Source: a virus | Taxonomy: Duplodnaviria; Caudoviricetes | DNA length: 25,982 bases | IMG/VR virus record: IMGVR_UViG_3300029319_006404 | Location: 1 to 25,982 of that record | Strand: one strand, 5' to 3' | Shown: positions 7,308 to 16,936 of the stretch, one piece after another | Numbering within the stretch: position 1 is the first letter of the stretch | Layout: the number at the start of each line of letters is the position of its first letter | Program-made: the position numbers and the translations under genes | The notes under the pieces: generated by a model | Told to the model about the DNA's origin: nothing | The model's database searches: none | What the model saw: only the letters and a program-made list of their open reading frames with translations

Positions 7308-7570
7308 TAATGCATCGTCTCTTCGCGAATCTCAAAAGCAAGCTCCGCTAAATCTTGGCTAGGGAAAACAAAAACCGGATTACCTTCTCCCATATAAGCG
7401 TTGATCACGTTGTAATCCATCCACTCGATTGCATCCTCACGCTCCCAATCGTTCTTTTGCATCAGAACGTCCAAGCATTTCTGGTAGTCATAAACAATGC
7501 AAGGAGACTCCCATCCTGCGGACTCACCCACGCCCAAAATTGCTGAATCGAACCCTTCTAAAATAATCAA
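7307..7570 (-). CDS. Conserved hypothetical phage protein
   Basis: 87 aa (GFDSAILG...VYDYQKC...AIEWMDYNVINAYMGEGNPVF), translationally coupled on both sides. Confidence 0.8.
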   Translation of the reverse strand: MIILEGFDSAILGVGESAGWESPCIVYDYQKCLDVLMQKNDWEREDAIEWMDYNVINAYMGEGNPVFVFPSQDLAELAFEIREETMH

Positions 7571-9102
7571 AACGGTATCTCCTCTTCAGTGCCCCCAAAG
7601 CTAGGCGGCTCTATGCGACTTACGGCCTGCTCATGCGCAGGTATTTTCCACAACCGTACCACCTTACCTTGAATGCGTAATTGTGTTGCCTCACCGTTGA
7701 TGTCTCGTAGACGCTGCGCAATCTGGTGTGTCTTGTACACCTTGAAGTTAGCTTTGATAAGGTGCGCTTCCAGATCCTTGAGCCTAAAGTACGTTTCCTT
7801 CAAGTCCTCATCTGTCCACGGCCTCTTGAGCAAGATCTGCTCCTTTTCATCTGCCGCTTGATGCCCGGTACAAAACTCCTCAAGGTGATCCGCAAACTGA
7901 CCGTTGACGCTCACATCCTGACTGACCTCTATGACATGACCCTCAGTGTCACTCATTTCGTTGAGCAGAGCGTTGATACGCTGCTCCCATTGCGCTTTTT
8001 GCACGGTCCGAGGAAAAAAGTTCAACTGCTCAACACAAGCCTTCTGAAAGGCTGATTGAACCATTAGATCGTCTGTGCCCAGTTCCAACGGCTTGCCCTG
8101 CACATCCAAGAACCAGACCGGCGGCACGCTGTTGTACTTGCGTAGGTTGGCTATCTGCACGCCTGACGTTGCAGCATCAATACCAAACTTACGTGTTTTG
8201 CAAAGCTCAGAGTTGCAGTATGCGTTGATCGGGGCGTCACGGCACTTGTAGGCGTAGTCCTTGCGCTCTAGCTGCTTGGCCACCGTGTTGACTTCACCCA
8301 GCGGCAGCGGTGGGTGAATGTAATTCATGTTGTGCGTCAGGATCTCGGACTCCCACGTCTCGGGGTGAGATTTACGCAGGTAAACGCCTAAATTGAACAA
8401 ACCGTTGTTTCGAGCGCCTTCACCGATGCCCTCTTTGCAAAGGATCTGCAAACAAGGTGGACCGTCTGGTATCGGTAACGCTGCATCCTGCTCCACCACC
8501 AAAGCCAGCGCCTCTTCGTGCGTCTGCACGTTCTGGTCCACTAGCTCTAGAAACTCATCGAACGTGGCTGCCGTGCCATCAAGATTGAATCCGTACCGAA
8601 GACCGTTCTCGTGGTCAAAGTACGGCATGTTCAAAAAGTTACCGACGTCACCACGCTCTAGGTTCAAGCTAATCTGTTTGGGAAAGATCTCACTGCCGCC
8701 GTAACCAAGGCCCGCGCTCAACTGTGTAAGCACGTCCTGCATGTCCTTCGCAGGAATGAATCCATCTGTGAATAAAAATACGTGAGCACCGCCCGACTTA
8801 GATCGGCACACCACCAACGGTAGCTTGGCTGCTTGGATCTTGTCGATCAGCGCCTTGTGATCAAAATTGTATTGATCAATATCAATGCAGCCCCACCGGC
8901 ATGCATTGTCCTCATTGATTGGGATGATCCCTATGGATTGCTCACCTGCGAGGTGTTTTTCCCAATGTTCCTTGGTCCGAGGTTCGCGCACCACCGTCGC
9001 TTTACCCTGAGTCTTGCCACTGCTGGACTTTGACTCAATCGTGAACGTGCCGTGCGCCTGCTTCAGACCGTCAAAAATCTGTGCGAATTTGCGAATATTC
9101 AT
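7567..9102 (-). CDS. Putative primase (archaeo-eukaryotic primase-like catalytic domain + PriCT-like domain)
   Basis: WGCIDID (DxD) and RSKSGGAHVFLF (SxH) motifs, GPPCL...GEGARNNGLFNLG PriCT-like region, and position in the replication operon. Confidence 0.8.
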   Translation of the reverse strand: MNIRKFAQIFDGLKQAHGTFTIESKSSSGKTQGKATVVREPRTKEHWEKHLAGEQSIGIIPINEDNACRWGCIDIDQYNFDHKALIDKIQAAKLPLVVCRSKSGGAHVFLFTDGFIPAKDMQDVLTQLSAGLGYGGSEIFPKQISLNLERGDVGNFLNMPYFDHENGLRYGFNLDGTAATFDEFLELVDQNVQTHEEALALVVEQDAALPIPDGPPCLQILCKEGIGEGARNNGLFNLGVYLRKSHPETWESEILTHNMNYIHPPLPLGEVNTVAKQLERKDYAYKCRDAPINAYCNSELCKTRKFGIDAATSGVQIANLRKYNSVPPVWFLDVQGKPLELGTDDLMVQSAFQKACVEQLNFFPRTVQKAQWEQRINALLNEMSDTEGHVIEVSQDVSVNGQFADHLEEFCTGHQAADEKEQILLKRPWTDEDLKETYFRLKDLEAHLIKANFKVYKTHQIAQRLRDINGEATQLRIQGKVVRLWKIPAHEQAVSRIEPPSFGGTEEEIPF

Positions 9103-9112
9103 TATGATCCTT

Positions 9113-9177
9113 GGTCCGTGCGTGGCGCTTTACTACGGGGAGGGTAGGTAGGAGCGCCTAACGATGGCACGGTCACC
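9113..9177 (-). other. Long imperfect stem-loop upstream of the primase RBS
   Basis: Nested stems 9116-9121/9167-9172, 9124-9129/9153-9158 and 9133-9136/9144-9147. The minus-strand apical loop is CCUCCCC. Confidence 0.55.
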
Positions 9178-9186
9178 GGATTTTAT

Positions 9187-10008
9187 TTACCAAGGAATAT
9201 CGTCGCCGTTATCCTCTTGCGTCTGTTTTGGCTTTGACGGTGCCGCCCCTGCCTCCTCATGCTTCACCGTTACGTCCCCTGCGCTGATGGCAGTGTGGAA
9301 CGCTTTAGCCGCTTGGTACGTGTTCGCGTCCTGAATCGGCCCCTCAAGATCGATCTTCCAACCGTGCCATACACCCTTGGAGTTCTCCTCTTTGGCCGTA
9401 GTCAGGTTGTAAACGTGTGAGAAACGCGGTGGCTGGAACGGTACACCGTTCGCCCCGACCATGCTGCGTGTTGCAATCATGGTGTTCCACTGACGCGACT
9501 TCTTCAGTTGCGTCGATTTCATTGAGATCAGCGCGTTGGATAACGTGCCGTCCTCTTCCATGATCAAGATGTAGTGCTGATGCGTCTCATCGATGTACTC
9601 GCCCTTGCCGCCCTCGACGTACTCACGGTTGTCGTCTGGATCACGACGAGTTTGTGGCCGGGTTTCATCCGGTGTGAAAATCTTAATCGGCGCTCCGGTG
9701 CCTGAACCTCGGGGTGCCCACAACAAGAACCGTCGTTCGTAATGGCAGGGGATGACTTTCAACGGACCCTTGCTGCTATAAACTTGACGAGACACAGAGT
9801 TGACCATGTCACCTAGCTTGGCAGTCTCTGCCAGCTTTTCGTCCTGCTGGAGCAGTTCTGAAGATACAATCTTCAAGAACGGCAGTGCCAAGTCGTCTTG
9901 GCTCAACTCCATACCAACCCCTGCGTCTGCTTCGAACATCGCAGGCCCTGCGACAGCGACGTCGCTCTTTTTCTTTTCCGCTACTTTCTTTTCGTCCTTA
10001 TCGGTCAT
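9187..10008 (-). CDS. Putative single-stranded DNA-binding protein
   Basis: 273 aa in the replication operon with an aromatic beta-rich core (ISMKSTQLKKSRQWN, KGVWHGW) and an acidic tail ending DDIPW. Confidence 0.65.
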   Translation of the reverse strand: MTDKDEKKVAEKKKSDVAVAGPAMFEADAGVGMELSQDDLALPFLKIVSSELLQQDEKLAETAKLGDMVNSVSRQVYSSKGPLKVIPCHYERRFLLWAPRGSGTGAPIKIFTPDETRPQTRRDPDDNREYVEGGKGEYIDETHQHYILIMEEDGTLSNALISMKSTQLKKSRQWNTMIATRSMVGANGVPFQPPRFSHVYNLTTAKEENSKGVWHGWKIDLEGPIQDANTYQAAKAFHTAISAGDVTVKHEEAGAAPSKPKQTQEDNGDDIPW

Positions 10009-10578
10009 TTACTTTGCCTTCGTTATTGTTGCTCGTTGTCCAGTCCAAACGCCAAACAAATCCATGTCTAGCTCCTTGCCTTCCTCGATCCGACCTTTGA
10101 CCCAAGCTTTCAAGGTGCCCGCATGAATGTCTTCCTTCCGCTCTGGCTCCCATTCTCTTTTGGTCAATTCCTCTACCAAGGCTTCTGCTTCATTGTCTTT
10201 TTCGATCCCGAAGCGGACCGTCACCGTATTCTTGATGATGTCTCCCTCGCCATGCGCCCGCAGCCAAGCGTAGGCTTCTGCTTCATTGTCTTTTTTTATG
10301 CGGGTGCTGAGGGTTTGCTTGATGTCGACCTTGCTGCCGTCAGCTAACGTGAAGTTGGTCAGACCAATTTCGTTCATCTGGCTTGGCAGATCTTCATCAG
10401 TCAGCTTGAGCAATGTCTGCTTCGCTGCTTTAAGATCTGATTCAAGATTTTCTACCCTTGTCTGGGCAGCTAAGATATCATTTGCTAGCTTTTGAACTCC
10501 GCCTAGTCCTTCGTTGGAGGGCAGGTTCAGGGGACTTTGGCTGTCTTCAGCCATAAGATCGTAGAGATCTGTGCTCAT
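10009..10578 (-). CDS. Conserved phage replication-module protein
   Basis: 189 aa with an N-terminal coiled coil and AYAWLRAHGEGDIIKN, IHAGTLKAWVK motifs typical of proteins next to phage SSB genes. GAGGA RBS. Confidence 0.75.
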   Translation of the reverse strand: MSTDLYDLMAEDSQSPLNLPSNEGLGGVQKLANDILAAQTRVENLESDLKAAKQTLLKLTDEDLPSQMNEIGLTNFTLADGSKVDIKQTLSTRIKKDNEAEAYAWLRAHGEGDIIKNTVTVRFGIEKDNEAEALVEELTKREWEPERKEDIHAGTLKAWVKGRIEEGKELDMDLFGVWTGQRATITKAK

Positions 10579-10618
10579 AGTCTTCCTCGTGTTTCGTGTT
10601 CCAAGCGGCGTTAGCCAC

Positions 10619-10659
10619 TTCCCAAACTAAGAATAATCCCATAAAATCCCATGTGTCAA
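10619..10659. promoter_or_regulatory. Overlapping divergent promoters (replication operon / SNF2 helicase) with TCCCAT direct repeats
   Basis: Minus strand: TTGACA(10659-10654)-18bp-TATTCT(10635-10630). Plus strand: TTCCCA(10619-10624)-17bp-TAAAAT(10642-10647). TCCCAT at 10637-10642 and 10647-10652. Confidence 0.7.
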
Positions 10660-10675
10660 ACTATTTAGGCACCAA

Positions 10676-12118
10676 ATGCAATTTAATTTCAAAACTGCGC
10701 CTTACGAACACCAGAAAGAGGTGTTCGACGCAAGCTGGGACAGCAAATCGTGGGCCTTGTTCCTCGAAATGGGGACAGGCAAAACTAAAGTCACTATCGA
10801 CACCATGGCCAAGCTTTACTGCGAGGGTGAGATAAACGCCGCCGTCGTCATTGCACCGAAGGGGGTGTACGGGAACTGGGTGTCAAAGGAAATACCGCAG
10901 CATATGCCGGACGACGTGCCGTGCTGCGTGGTCCTGTGGCAGCCAAACCTTACGCAGAAGTTCAAAGCAGAACTGACCGCCCTGACGAACGATCAAGAGC
11001 ACCTAAAGATATTGGTTATGAACGTAGAGGCTTTTTCTACCAAGAAAGGACCGGACGTTGCAGCATGGTTTGTAAAACGAAATCCGGATTGCATGATGAT
11101 CGTGGATGAATCGACGTCAATCAAAAACCGCACTGCGAAGCGCACCAAAAGCATCGTCAAAGTCGGCAAAGCGGCGAAGTACCGACGCATCTTGACCGGC
11201 AGTCCCATCACTAAAAACCCGATGGATTTGTACGCACAATGTGCTTTCTTGGGCACAGACATTTTGGGGTTCGAGTCGTTCTACGCGTTCCAAGGACGGT
11301 ACGCCGTTATGAACACCCGCAAGTTTGGTAATCGAAGTTTCCAAGAGATCACCGGTTACAGGAACCTCGATGAACTCAACACTAAGCTTCAGACGTTCAG
11401 CAGCCGTATCTTGAAAGAGGACTGCCTCGATTTGCCTGAAAAGATTTACATGCAGAGGCAGGTGCCGCTTACAAAACAGCAAGAATCTGCCTATACACAA
11501 ATGAAAGAGATGGCACTGGCCATGTTAGAGAAAGGCGAGCTTGCGACGACGCAAAGCGTTCTGACGCAGATTATGCGCTTGCAAGAGATTTGTTGCGGGC
11601 ATCTCAAGATTGACAATGGTGAGGTACAGGACATACCCAATAACCGCATGAGCGAATTGCTAGAGGTCATCAGCGAGATGAGCGGCAAGGTCATTATTTG
11701 GGCAAGCTGGGTGTTTGATATCGGCAAGATTAAAGACGAACTGGCGAAGGTCTACGGGCCGCGATCAGTCTGCACGTTCTACGGTGACACCCCTGTGCAA
11801 GAGCGCGACCAGATGGTGGCAGACTTCCAAGATCCAGATAGCGAGCTACGCTTCTTTGTCGCTAACCCACGAACTGGGGGCTACGGCCTGACACTGACCG
11901 CAGCGACGAACATGGTTTATTACAGCAACCAGTACGACCTAGAGATACGCCTTCAATCCGAGGACAGAGCGCACCGAATTGGTCAGACCAAGCATGTTCT
12001 GTATGTAGATCTTGTCAGCCCAAACACGGTTGACGAAAAAATTATTGCTGCTTTGCGTAATAAGATCGATCTTGCCCAGCAGGTGCTGGGCGAAGAGGCT
12101 AAAAAGTGGCTGGTTTAA
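10676..12118 (+). CDS. SNF2-family (SF2) helicase/ATPase
   Basis: EMGTGKT, IVDEST, LTGSPITKNPMDLY, GGYGLTLTAA and QSEDRAHRIGQ motifs. Confidence 0.93.
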   Translation: MQFNFKTAPYEHQKEVFDASWDSKSWALFLEMGTGKTKVTIDTMAKLYCEGEINAAVVIAPKGVYGNWVSKEIPQHMPDDVPCCVVLWQPNLTQKFKAELTALTNDQEHLKILVMNVEAFSTKKGPDVAAWFVKRNPDCMMIVDESTSIKNRTAKRTKSIVKVGKAAKYRRILTGSPITKNPMDLYAQCAFLGTDILGFESFYAFQGRYAVMNTRKFGNRSFQEITGYRNLDELNTKLQTFSSRILKEDCLDLPEKIYMQRQVPLTKQQESAYTQMKEMALAMLEKGELATTQSVLTQIMRLQEICCGHLKIDNGEVQDIPNNRMSELLEVISEMSGKVIIWASWVFDIGKIKDELAKVYGPRSVCTFYGDTPVQERDQMVADFQDPDSELRFFVANPRTGGYGLTLTAATNMVYYSNQYDLEIRLQSEDRAHRIGQTKHVLYVDLVSPNTVDEKIIAALRNKIDLAQQVLGEEAKKWLV

Positions 12119-12918
12119 TTTCTGCCGAAAGGTGATCCCGCAAAACGCGAAGTTTGCCTGAAGCGGTACGGCTGAGGTCTTGGTGCTTGATACCTTTGAG
12201 GCGCAAAAAAAGTTGGTTGCGGTGGTCTGTAACTTTGTTGCGGGGCTGCAAACTGCGGATAATAATTCGAAGGCGCTTGCGAAAATGCGCCAGAATTATA
12301 CGCTGGCTGTCCCATACCACCTTGCATCATTTGCTGAAACATCTGCATCATCAACCGCATCATCCCGGCCATGTCTTGTTGTGAAAATTGCGGCTGTTGT
12401 TGAGCCATAGGCTGCTGAAACGATTCAACTGCCGGTCGTTGGATAGGCTGAAATTCTTGCACAGGAGCCGGTTGCGGCTGTCGCCTTTGTGTCTCTTGTT
12501 GAACTTCAATTTGTGCGGGTGAACTGACAGACCCGCCGGGTCGCTGGATGCCTGCGATGCTTCCGTCGTCGAGAAATCCTCGCCTAGAAGGTTCTCCGCC
12601 AAATTGAGAAGGATCTGCTGTGTATTGTTTCGCTATCTCCAGAGCCTCTGGGTTTTGAGCGTAGAGTTCGTCCATAGCTCTGATATAACCGCCCATACTG
12701 CTTGACCCTCGACGCATTCGGCCAGTCACTGGGTCAGGGCCAAAAAGCGCCACGTCCATGGTCATCGCACCAGTTGGCTTTTCAGGTACTTGGAAGCCAC
12801 GTTCTGCAAGCACCTCCTCCAAAGACTTCGGTGCTCGGTTAGGGCTACTTATTTGCCCGAATTGTGGTCCTGACCCCGGACGTCTGGCGGCCATCAAAGA
12901 GCCAATACCTCGTTGCAT
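12115..12918 (-). CDS. Q/P-rich low-complexity protein, last gene of the virion operon
   Basis: Long ORF following the 1335 aa gene. Start is ATG 12918 or GTG 12924, and it begins MQRGIGSL. Confidence 0.65.
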   Translation of the reverse strand: MQRGIGSLMAARRPGSGPQFGQISSPNRAPKSLEEVLAERGFQVPEKPTGAMTMDVALFGPDPVTGRMRRGSSSMGGYIRAMDELYAQNPEALEIAKQYTADPSQFGGEPSRRGFLDDGSIAGIQRPGGSVSSPAQIEVQQETQRRQPQPAPVQEFQPIQRPAVESFQQPMAQQQPQFSQQDMAGMMRLMMQMFQQMMQGGMGQPAYNSGAFSQAPSNYYPQFAAPQQSYRPPQPTFFAPQRYQAPRPQPYRFRQTSRFAGSPFGRN

Positions 12919-12928
12919 CAACACGAGA

Positions 12929-15900
12929 TTAACCCGGCGCTTGAGGTAGCGAAGCTATGCCTTGCTGCTGTATCAGCCCAGACAAAGGATCGTTAGGGAA
13001 GAGGGCCGCGAACTGCTGACGCTGTTGCGGGTTTGGCGCGCCTTGGGGAGGCGTTTGAGTGAAAGATTGAACGGTCGGCGGTGGGGTAGGAAGCGTAGCC
13101 GGTAATATGGGTTGCTGTTCTTCGAGAACCGCTCGTTCGATAACATCTTGACGTTGTTGTTGACGACGTTGCGGCTGAAAACCGCCCCGCATTTTCATCT
13201 CTCGCACTTCTTGTAGCTCTTCCGCCGTCGCCTCATCCTCTATGACGAATTCTTGTGCTGGACGTATCCCGATTGCGTTTCGGATGAACGAATTCAAAGC
13301 TGCTGTTTTAAGAGCTTGTTCTTTCGCAAATTGCTTCGCGGTCTTGCCAAATTGTTTTGCTTTTTCCGCAAAACCCTCCGCTTCAAAAAAACGAGTGCCC
13401 ATGTCCACAGGGGGCAAATTGAATTTTTCGCCCGCTTCCAACAACAGAGCCATCGCCTCTGGATCTCTAATAGCCTCTTGCAAAATATCGTAAGTCGATG
13501 TGACCGGTATTGATTCCAAGATTCGTTGTACGAACCGAGAACCAGCGCCCGCTGTAATCAAAGAGTTTGGATCAGTGCCGGGCAAAACCTGACCTAGCAT
13601 CGTACCTGCTTTCGCACCTAGCAACCGGCTGAACAAAGATACAAACTCATCCCCCATCGTCGTAATGTCTTCGGTGACATCGAAGTTAGCAGCTTTAATT
13701 TTTTCTTGCGCTCCCTCACCGACTGTTAGAAGTTGTTGTAAGCGTAGGGATTCAGCCTCAGTAAAAACACCTTCTTTCAATAGTACGTTCATCAAAGTTT
13801 GGTTTGATTGCGGCATCGTGTCGAAAAAATAAGAACGTATTTCTGTAAAATTAGGGAGTCCCGCTATGAGCTGTTTTTGTCCCTCCCCGGTCGTGGCAAA
13901 ATCTCGCGCAGATTGAAATATTGCACCCCGCAAAGCGTCATCAAAGTTTTCTAGTGTGAAATCCCCAGCGTCTAAACGATCCTGCACCACTCGGAAATCT
14001 GATCCTCCGATTTGTCCGCCTTGGTTAGCCCGCGCTACCGCTGCACGCATACGAGAAATCTCGTAGGTAAGAGTCCGCTCCGGGTTTTTGCCCCCGCGCA
14101 TCTGTAGGATTCCGATTGAGGGTTTCTCTCCCGTGAAAGACACAAACAAGGGTGTGAGAAAGTCTTTTTTTGCTTTCTCTGCCTGAGCAATGCTGCGTTG
14201 TGCGACGATACCTGCGGTTCGAGCATCGAGTAAGTCGTTCATCAATCCGGGGAACAAATCTAATTGCTGCTTGTTGTTTTGCGCAAAACGTTCGAGAGCT
14301 TCGCCATTTGGGATAACACTCTCTAACTCGCCCTGATCGTTGAATCGTTTGGTGAAATACTGTGGATTGTCCAACAAAGACCGCGTAACGACTTCAAGTT
14401 GTTGATCAAGCTCTAATGAGTTCAAAAACGCATTCATTTCAGCACCCTCTACTCCGGAAAGCCCGCCGGGAGTAGCTTTGTCTGTCAAAAACAACACGGC
14501 CTTTTTGATTTCTTGCATGCGTAAACGAGAAGCGTCGTCAGCGCCAGCCAAGATTTTTTGATAGAGCAACTCCGGGTCAACATAATCCTCCCCAGTAGCT
14601 TTATCGATGAGGGCCATGTTCGGAAAAGCACGTAGAAATACGTCGTTTTTGGCTTTGCTGAAACTTTTGGCGTTTTGTACATGGAACAACGTATCGCCAT
14701 CAACTGCTTCCGGACCGTTCAAGTCCTGTAACGTCTGTAGATCAGTCAAGTCTCTTTCAATACCGTTTGCTAAATCGCGATACATTGCCGCAGGCGCTAA
14801 TTCGGGAGCTGCGCCAGACGCAGATTGTGTAGCTAACTTCAGTAAATAGCTTCTGTATCTTTTTCTTTGCTCGTAGGTGGGGTTATCTAAATCAACCGTT
14901 AACTCGTCCAACTGTCTCTGTAAAGCTTGAATTCGCGGTCCCCGAGAGATTGCGTTGGGGTCTCGTGCTAATTCATCGATTTGGCTTTGCAGCACGGTAG
15001 CTTCCAAAGCATCGCGTGCTTGTTGGTCGCTTTGTTGTATGGCTTTGGGAAAAATTGTCGAAATCATTGAGGGGTCATATGAATCTTTTGTTGCTTGGAT
15101 TGCTTCAAAAAAGTTTTGACTGCCTACTTCAATGTTGTCTGGCACCAGATCATATAAAGCATTTTCTTGTTGGTTGACGTCGTTGAAAACTCGCAAGATT
15201 AACGAGTTGATTTTACGGCTCGCATTGTTTACGTCGCCGTCAGGTAGCAACCGGTCGCCTACTCTTTCGGCGTTGTCTATCATGTTAAGCAACGTGCGGT
15301 TGATTTCGTCTTCAAAATACCGCTGAGTCAAAAAAGTAGCGTATTGAATATCTTGGGGGTTGCCGGTCGTTCGCAAAGCGTTGATTACCGCGTTGACTGC
15401 TTGCGCCTGTGCCGCACGTGTCTTTTCCATTTGAGCGCGATACGTGGCGCTACGAGCCTCTAAAGTGCCTTGTATGCCCTTAAACACTTCGCTTCCAGTG
15501 ATGGTGGCAGAGGAAGGAGTGATCAAAGGAGTGCCATCTGCGGCTTTCAAACCTGCTAGTAAAGGTCGAATGTTTTCGTCGTAATCTTCGTTGGAAGCTT
15601 TCAAAAGCTTCTGGTATTCAGGGTTTCTGAGCGTTTCGATGATGTGATCCAACGTCTCTTCGTTGCCGTCCGCTGGCACTTTTCCTTCGCCAAATTCAAA
15701 TAAAATCGCACGAAGGGCCGCTCCTACCCTCGCACGCCCTTGATCACCTTCAAACGCTTCCGCGAGTTCGGTTTCTTGCAGTTTATTTTTAGCACCCGTA
15801 AAAAACGGGACGATGTTGAAAGTACCTGCTAACGTTTGCCCCGCAAGTCCACCAGTAACTTCTGTTGCTATCCTCGAAAAGCCTTCTTGTCCTTGGCGCT

Positions 15901-16936
15901 CTGCAAAACCTGCCGCGATACTAGCGCCTGCAATAGATGGCAACTCCCCCAATGACGAAGATATGGGGTTTTTCTGATACGTGCGCATGATTTCAAAGGC
16001 GACAGGGTCAGTGGCTTGAAAGTATCGAAGGTCTTCTGGTGTTATGCCTTCTACAAAGTTTGGGTTTTCTAACAGATTAAAATCACGGCTCCGAATACTG
16101 TCGCCTAATTGCTTTAGAAAGCCTGACTCTGCGTTTAGCGCGATTGCGGTGCCTTTTTGGAGGACTTTAGGCAGTCCCATGCCAGTTAAGCCCTCGGTCA
16201 AAACTTTACCTGTTTCCATAAATCCACGGGCCGTGGGGCTTAAAATTTCTTCCTTGGGTAAAATCACCGAGGTGGCTGCGTCCGCAGCAAACAGCGCGCC
16301 GGTCCCTGCGACGAGTCCACTAGCGAGTGCAAATGGACCCCCTAAAGGAGAGGCAGCAAGTCCTGCTAGGCCAGCAGCAGTTGTAAACGCGCTGCCGCTT
16401 ACAGCCCCACGCAACGCACCTTCTGTGAACGCTTCACCTTCAGATATATCTCGCACGCCCTCCGTAAACGCCATGAACACATCTTTCGGTTGCACTCCTG
16501 ACTCTCTGCGTAACTCATCCGCATCCAGCGCAAGCTCGTTAAGGAACACCTGCGCCATGTCGTCAATATTTAACCCTTCTTGTTGCATAGCCCGTAGACG
16601 AGGCAACCGCCTTTTTGGTAAACCAACGACATTTTCCAAAATCTCTAAGTCGTTTTGCCCGGCGTTTTGACGCAGATCTTCGTAAACCCCAAAACCTTCT
16701 CGTCGATCTACTAAACCTTTAACAGTAGCCTGCAAACCGTGCTTACGGATTATAGAAGCAATACCCGGTTGTATTTGCCCATCAGGATACTCCACATCGT
16801 CAAAAGTCACGATCAAATCGCCTCTGGTCGGAGGCCCCGCGTAAGGTCGTGCATCCTCTATGGCTTGAGCTTCGTCGATAAGGTCTTGTCTCGTTCGAAA
16901 AAGTGTTCCGTAAGGATCGATTGGAGCAACAGCCAT
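12929..16936 (-). CDS. Large internal virion / DNA ejection-type protein
   Basis: 1335 aa, predicted helical, with Gly/Ala-rich hydrophobic segments. Last of the large genes after the tail hub, as in podovirus ejectosome operons. Function is inferred from position. Confidence 0.7.
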   Translation of the reverse strand: MAVAPIDPYGTLFRTRQDLIDEAQAIEDARPYAGPPTRGDLIVTFDDVEYPDGQIQPGIASIIRKHGLQATVKGLVDRREGFGVYEDLRQNAGQNDLEILENVVGLPKRRLPRLRAMQQEGLNIDDMAQVFLNELALDADELRRESGVQPKDVFMAFTEGVRDISEGEAFTEGALRGAVSGSAFTTAAGLAGLAASPLGGPFALASGLVAGTGALFAADAATSVILPKEEILSPTARGFMETGKVLTEGLTGMGLPKVLQKGTAIALNAESGFLKQLGDSIRSRDFNLLENPNFVEGITPEDLRYFQATDPVAFEIMRTYQKNPISSSLGELPSIAGASIAAGFAERQGQEGFSRIATEVTGGLAGQTLAGTFNIVPFFTGAKNKLQETELAEAFEGDQGRARVGAALRAILFEFGEGKVPADGNEETLDHIIETLRNPEYQKLLKASNEDYDENIRPLLAGLKAADGTPLITPSSATITGSEVFKGIQGTLEARSATYRAQMEKTRAAQAQAVNAVINALRTTGNPQDIQYATFLTQRYFEDEINRTLLNMIDNAERVGDRLLPDGDVNNASRKINSLILRVFNDVNQQENALYDLVPDNIEVGSQNFFEAIQATKDSYDPSMISTIFPKAIQQSDQQARDALEATVLQSQIDELARDPNAISRGPRIQALQRQLDELTVDLDNPTYEQRKRYRSYLLKLATQSASGAAPELAPAAMYRDLANGIERDLTDLQTLQDLNGPEAVDGDTLFHVQNAKSFSKAKNDVFLRAFPNMALIDKATGEDYVDPELLYQKILAGADDASRLRMQEIKKAVLFLTDKATPGGLSGVEGAEMNAFLNSLELDQQLEVVTRSLLDNPQYFTKRFNDQGELESVIPNGEALERFAQNNKQQLDLFPGLMNDLLDARTAGIVAQRSIAQAEKAKKDFLTPLFVSFTGEKPSIGILQMRGGKNPERTLTYEISRMRAAVARANQGGQIGGSDFRVVQDRLDAGDFTLENFDDALRGAIFQSARDFATTGEGQKQLIAGLPNFTEIRSYFFDTMPQSNQTLMNVLLKEGVFTEAESLRLQQLLTVGEGAQEKIKAANFDVTEDITTMGDEFVSLFSRLLGAKAGTMLGQVLPGTDPNSLITAGAGSRFVQRILESIPVTSTYDILQEAIRDPEAMALLLEAGEKFNLPPVDMGTRFFEAEGFAEKAKQFGKTAKQFAKEQALKTAALNSFIRNAIGIRPAQEFVIEDEATAEELQEVREMKMRGGFQPQRRQQQRQDVIERAVLEEQQPILPATLPTPPPTVQSFTQTPPQGAPNPQQRQQFAALFPNDPLSGLIQQQGIASLPQAPG

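Noticed and set aside
10590-10628. Possible fourth RNA unit (minus strand AGTTTGGGA + hairpin, like 2711-2737)
   Set aside because: It shares only 9 nt and a hairpin, and lacks the P3/pseudoknot core. More likely an ordinary 5' leader hairpin.
12929-16936. Virion RNA polymerase or lytic transglycosylase domain in the 1335 aa protein
   Set aside because: I could not recognise polymerase or muralytic catalytic motifs. A structure-based search would be needed.
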